Assembly (NCBI RefSeq): GCF_001447785.1
Contig: NW_015169794.1
Coordinates: forward strand, 360,549-424,548
Direction: 5' to 3'
DNA length: 64,000 bases
DNA from: Gekko japonicus
Taxonomy: Eukaryota
The notes under the pieces are model-generated. The model was not told where the DNA came from and did no database searches. It saw only the letters and a list, made by a program, of their open reading frames with translations. The translations under genes and the position numbers were made by a program. Numbering within the stretch: the first letter of the stretch is position 1; every line of letters begins with the position of its first letter. This document shows positions 61,461 through 64,000 of the stretch, piece after piece.

Positions 61461-64000
61461 TGATACACTGTTGTTGTTGTTGTTGTTGCTACTACTTATG
61501 AATTGCCCAGTCCTTGTTACTGCAGGGCTCTAGGCGATATACAATGCATAGTAAACACATCAAAACCATAAGATAAGTACATAAACAATGCTAATCCAGC
61601 AATCTAAAAAGATTGTGGCAAAATTACAGTTTCTTCCCAATTCCGGACTGCAGCCCCCTCGTGGGTATGGGGAGGAGGAATAAAATAATCTGATGGAAAG
61701 AGAGCAAGAGGAGGAAGAGGAGGAGGGTGCCAGCCAAGATGGAAGCTGTCACTGTTCTCAACCGAAAATAGTTAAACCTACAGGGCACACTTCTCAACAC
61801 CCTGACTGCATTTTGGACCAGCTGAAATTTCTGAGAAAGTCATCTGGTTAACTTTGGATTTGGGGGGAAGGGGTTCCAATCAGCGCTCTTAATGTAAGAG
61901 TAAGCAAGAAACAGCACATAGACCTGTGTAACTTATTAGATACTGATCTCTGTGCTAATCAGTTGTGCTGAGGGAAAGGGGCTGTTACATCAAGACTGAG
62001 AGATTAATACATTTATCTTCCTGGTATCATCACTTCCATTCAAATTGGGGGGTTAACAGGAGCATGTATCTGTTTAGGCCTGGCCCAGGTCAGTCGGGTT
62101 TCATGTACATAGAGAGCAATTTAGCGGAGTTCTGTAAACTTTGTTACCAGATCAATAATTGTGTCCATATGTAACTGTTAAAATAGGATTTTAAAAAGAT
62201 TCCATCACACATCTTTGCCCAATATACAAGGCCCACGTCTTTTCTCTGTTCCCCAGGCTTATAGCTAAGTCATAGCAGGCAAGCTAGCCGTTCGCCCAAA
62301 CCACAAAGGCTTCAGTCTTGATCTACAAGCCACAAGACACAGCCACAAACAAGAGAGCCAGCCTGGTGTAGTGGCGAGGGTGCTGGATTAGGGCAGTCAG
62401 CTGGGCAGCTAAGGAAACACCCAAGAGATTGGGGAGGGTGGAACGTATCCAAATGGCATCTGTCCTCCTCGGTGTTTCTTCTGGCTGCATAACTGGAAGT
62501 CACATCACCACATCACAGGATGCTCTAGGGTCCACTCAGAATTCTACAGTAAACACCATAGAGTTTCAGGTGGATCCTAGAGCATACCACAATACGGTGG
62601 TGTCACTTCCAGTGATACAGCCAGAATGGATGCCATTTCACCCCACCCCCCAGGTATTGGCAGGAGGTGACATGTCAAAGTGAGGCTCAGGTATACAGGC
62701 AGGAGGTGTGCAGCCTGGCTAAAATGGGCAATCTGCCTATGCCAGACTAGGATCTGGGAGGCCCAGGTTCAAATTTCCACCCTACCATGAAGCTTGCTGC
62801 TTGAACTTGGGGCAGTCATTCTTTCTTAGCCTAACTACCTTACCTTGTTGTGAGGATAAACAGAGGAGGGAAGAAAGACTTACATTAACCTGTGCTGCTT
62901 AGAGGAACAGCAGGATAAAATGTGCCCAATAATTGATTTCCACATGAAGGGCCAAAAACAAACTGCATAATAAGGCCTGCCCCAACAGATCTGCAGCACA
63001 CTTCACAGGTAACCGCTGAGACAAAGCTATTGTGAAGAGGCAGCTGCCCCAGCTATTGCTGGATTTTTCAAGATCACGCTTACAGGAGCCTCAAAATTCT
63101 CCTTCAGCTACAATGACCGGTCATGGGCATGCTCCTTCCTCTGTTGGGTTAAGCTGCTGTGAAATGCAGACAAATCCCCTATGATGAAATCTGGCATACT
63201 TTGCTGGATCATGGAACTGATGAGCCATATGATTCTTTTTCAGATGATCAAATAACATCTCCCAGGAGCTTAGCAAATACACATAACAACAGGGCACATT
63301 TTCCACAATCCTCCTGATATGGGCAGTCACTGTGTTGTGTGACTAGGGATGCCATCATCCAGGTGGGACCTGGGGATTCCCCAGAATTACAGCTCCTCTC
63401 CAGAATACAGATATCAGTTCCCCTTGAGAAAATGGATGCTTTGCAGTGTAGACTCTCAAGCATTATACCCCACTGGAGTCCCTGTCCTCCTCAGGCTCCA
63501 TCCCCAAATCTCCAGGAGTTTCCTAACCAGGATCTGGCAACTCTATGCCCCCGTCCCCTGCTCGTGGCCAGGGGGAACTGGCAACCATAATAGGAACAAC
63601 ACATATTTTCCATGCAAGTACATGTTCAGTACACACCTTGAAAAATCCAGGGATCAGTTTCTGCATATCAAAACTGTACACACATGGTGACCATGCACAT
63701 CAAGAGGATTGTGGGGAATGGCTGCTCCCACTCTATACAGTTGGTAGGCTACAGGATGGCTGGGAAGGTCTATGCATTCAGTGGAAATTATGCTTTCCCC
63801 TTTATAAAAGTGTGTCCCTAGTGGAAGACTGTGACCCTACATTTAGATCTTGATCAATTCCAACTAATAAATGCCTGCTTGGCATTTCCACTTTAGCTGC
63901 ATAGTGTTTATTCACATGTGCACACTGAAGTGCCTGCATATTATACATTAAGGGAGGAATGCACCGTGATGTATTTAAGTTACATCCAAAGGTAGTTTAA

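Larger units (their letters stand above)
38297..64000 (-). other. DKK2: DKK2 intron 1 (partial; exon 1 lies beyond the window)
   Basis: No signal-peptide exon resembling the DKK2 N-terminus was seen upstream of exon 2. DKK2 is known to have a very long first intron. Confidence 0.8.

Noticed and set aside
38297-64000. Search for DKK2 exon 1 or an endogenous viral gene
   Set aside because: I recognised no signal-peptide exon, CpG-island promoter or viral protein motif by eye. A tblastn search would be needed to exclude highly decayed relics.

Overview
This is vertebrate DNA, almost certainly squamate: it carries Sauria SINEs, 5S-derived SINEs, CR1/L2/RTE/Penelope elements and hAT MITEs. The repeat mix suggests a gecko (inference). 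It is a draft assembly with three N gaps. The only host gene I can support is DKK2 (Dickkopf-2, Wnt/LRP5/6 modulator) on the minus strand, which the ORF track misses: exon 2 at 38146-38296, exon 3 at 30468-30617 and the coding part of exon 4 at 26608-26858. All splice sites are canonical GT-AG and the phases match. Exon 1 is not in the window, so 38297-64000 is intron 1, and 1 to about 23.7 kb is downstream intergenic DNA. The rest is transposable elements, tandem duplications and candidate enhancers. The most notable items are: (1) a near full-length sense-strand L2 LINE in intron 2, broken by one 52-nt duplication and ending 95 nt from the exon 3 acceptor; (2) two hAT MITEs with a doubled terminus and captured DNA inside one perfect 8-bp TSD; (3) Penelope-derived palindromes with minimal hammerhead-ribozyme cores; (4) a dense TGACAG (MEIS/TALE) motif cluster in intron 1. 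I found no novel protein-coding system; most ORF-track entries are chance or repeat-derived ORFs. Repeat boundaries without a TSD are approximate.
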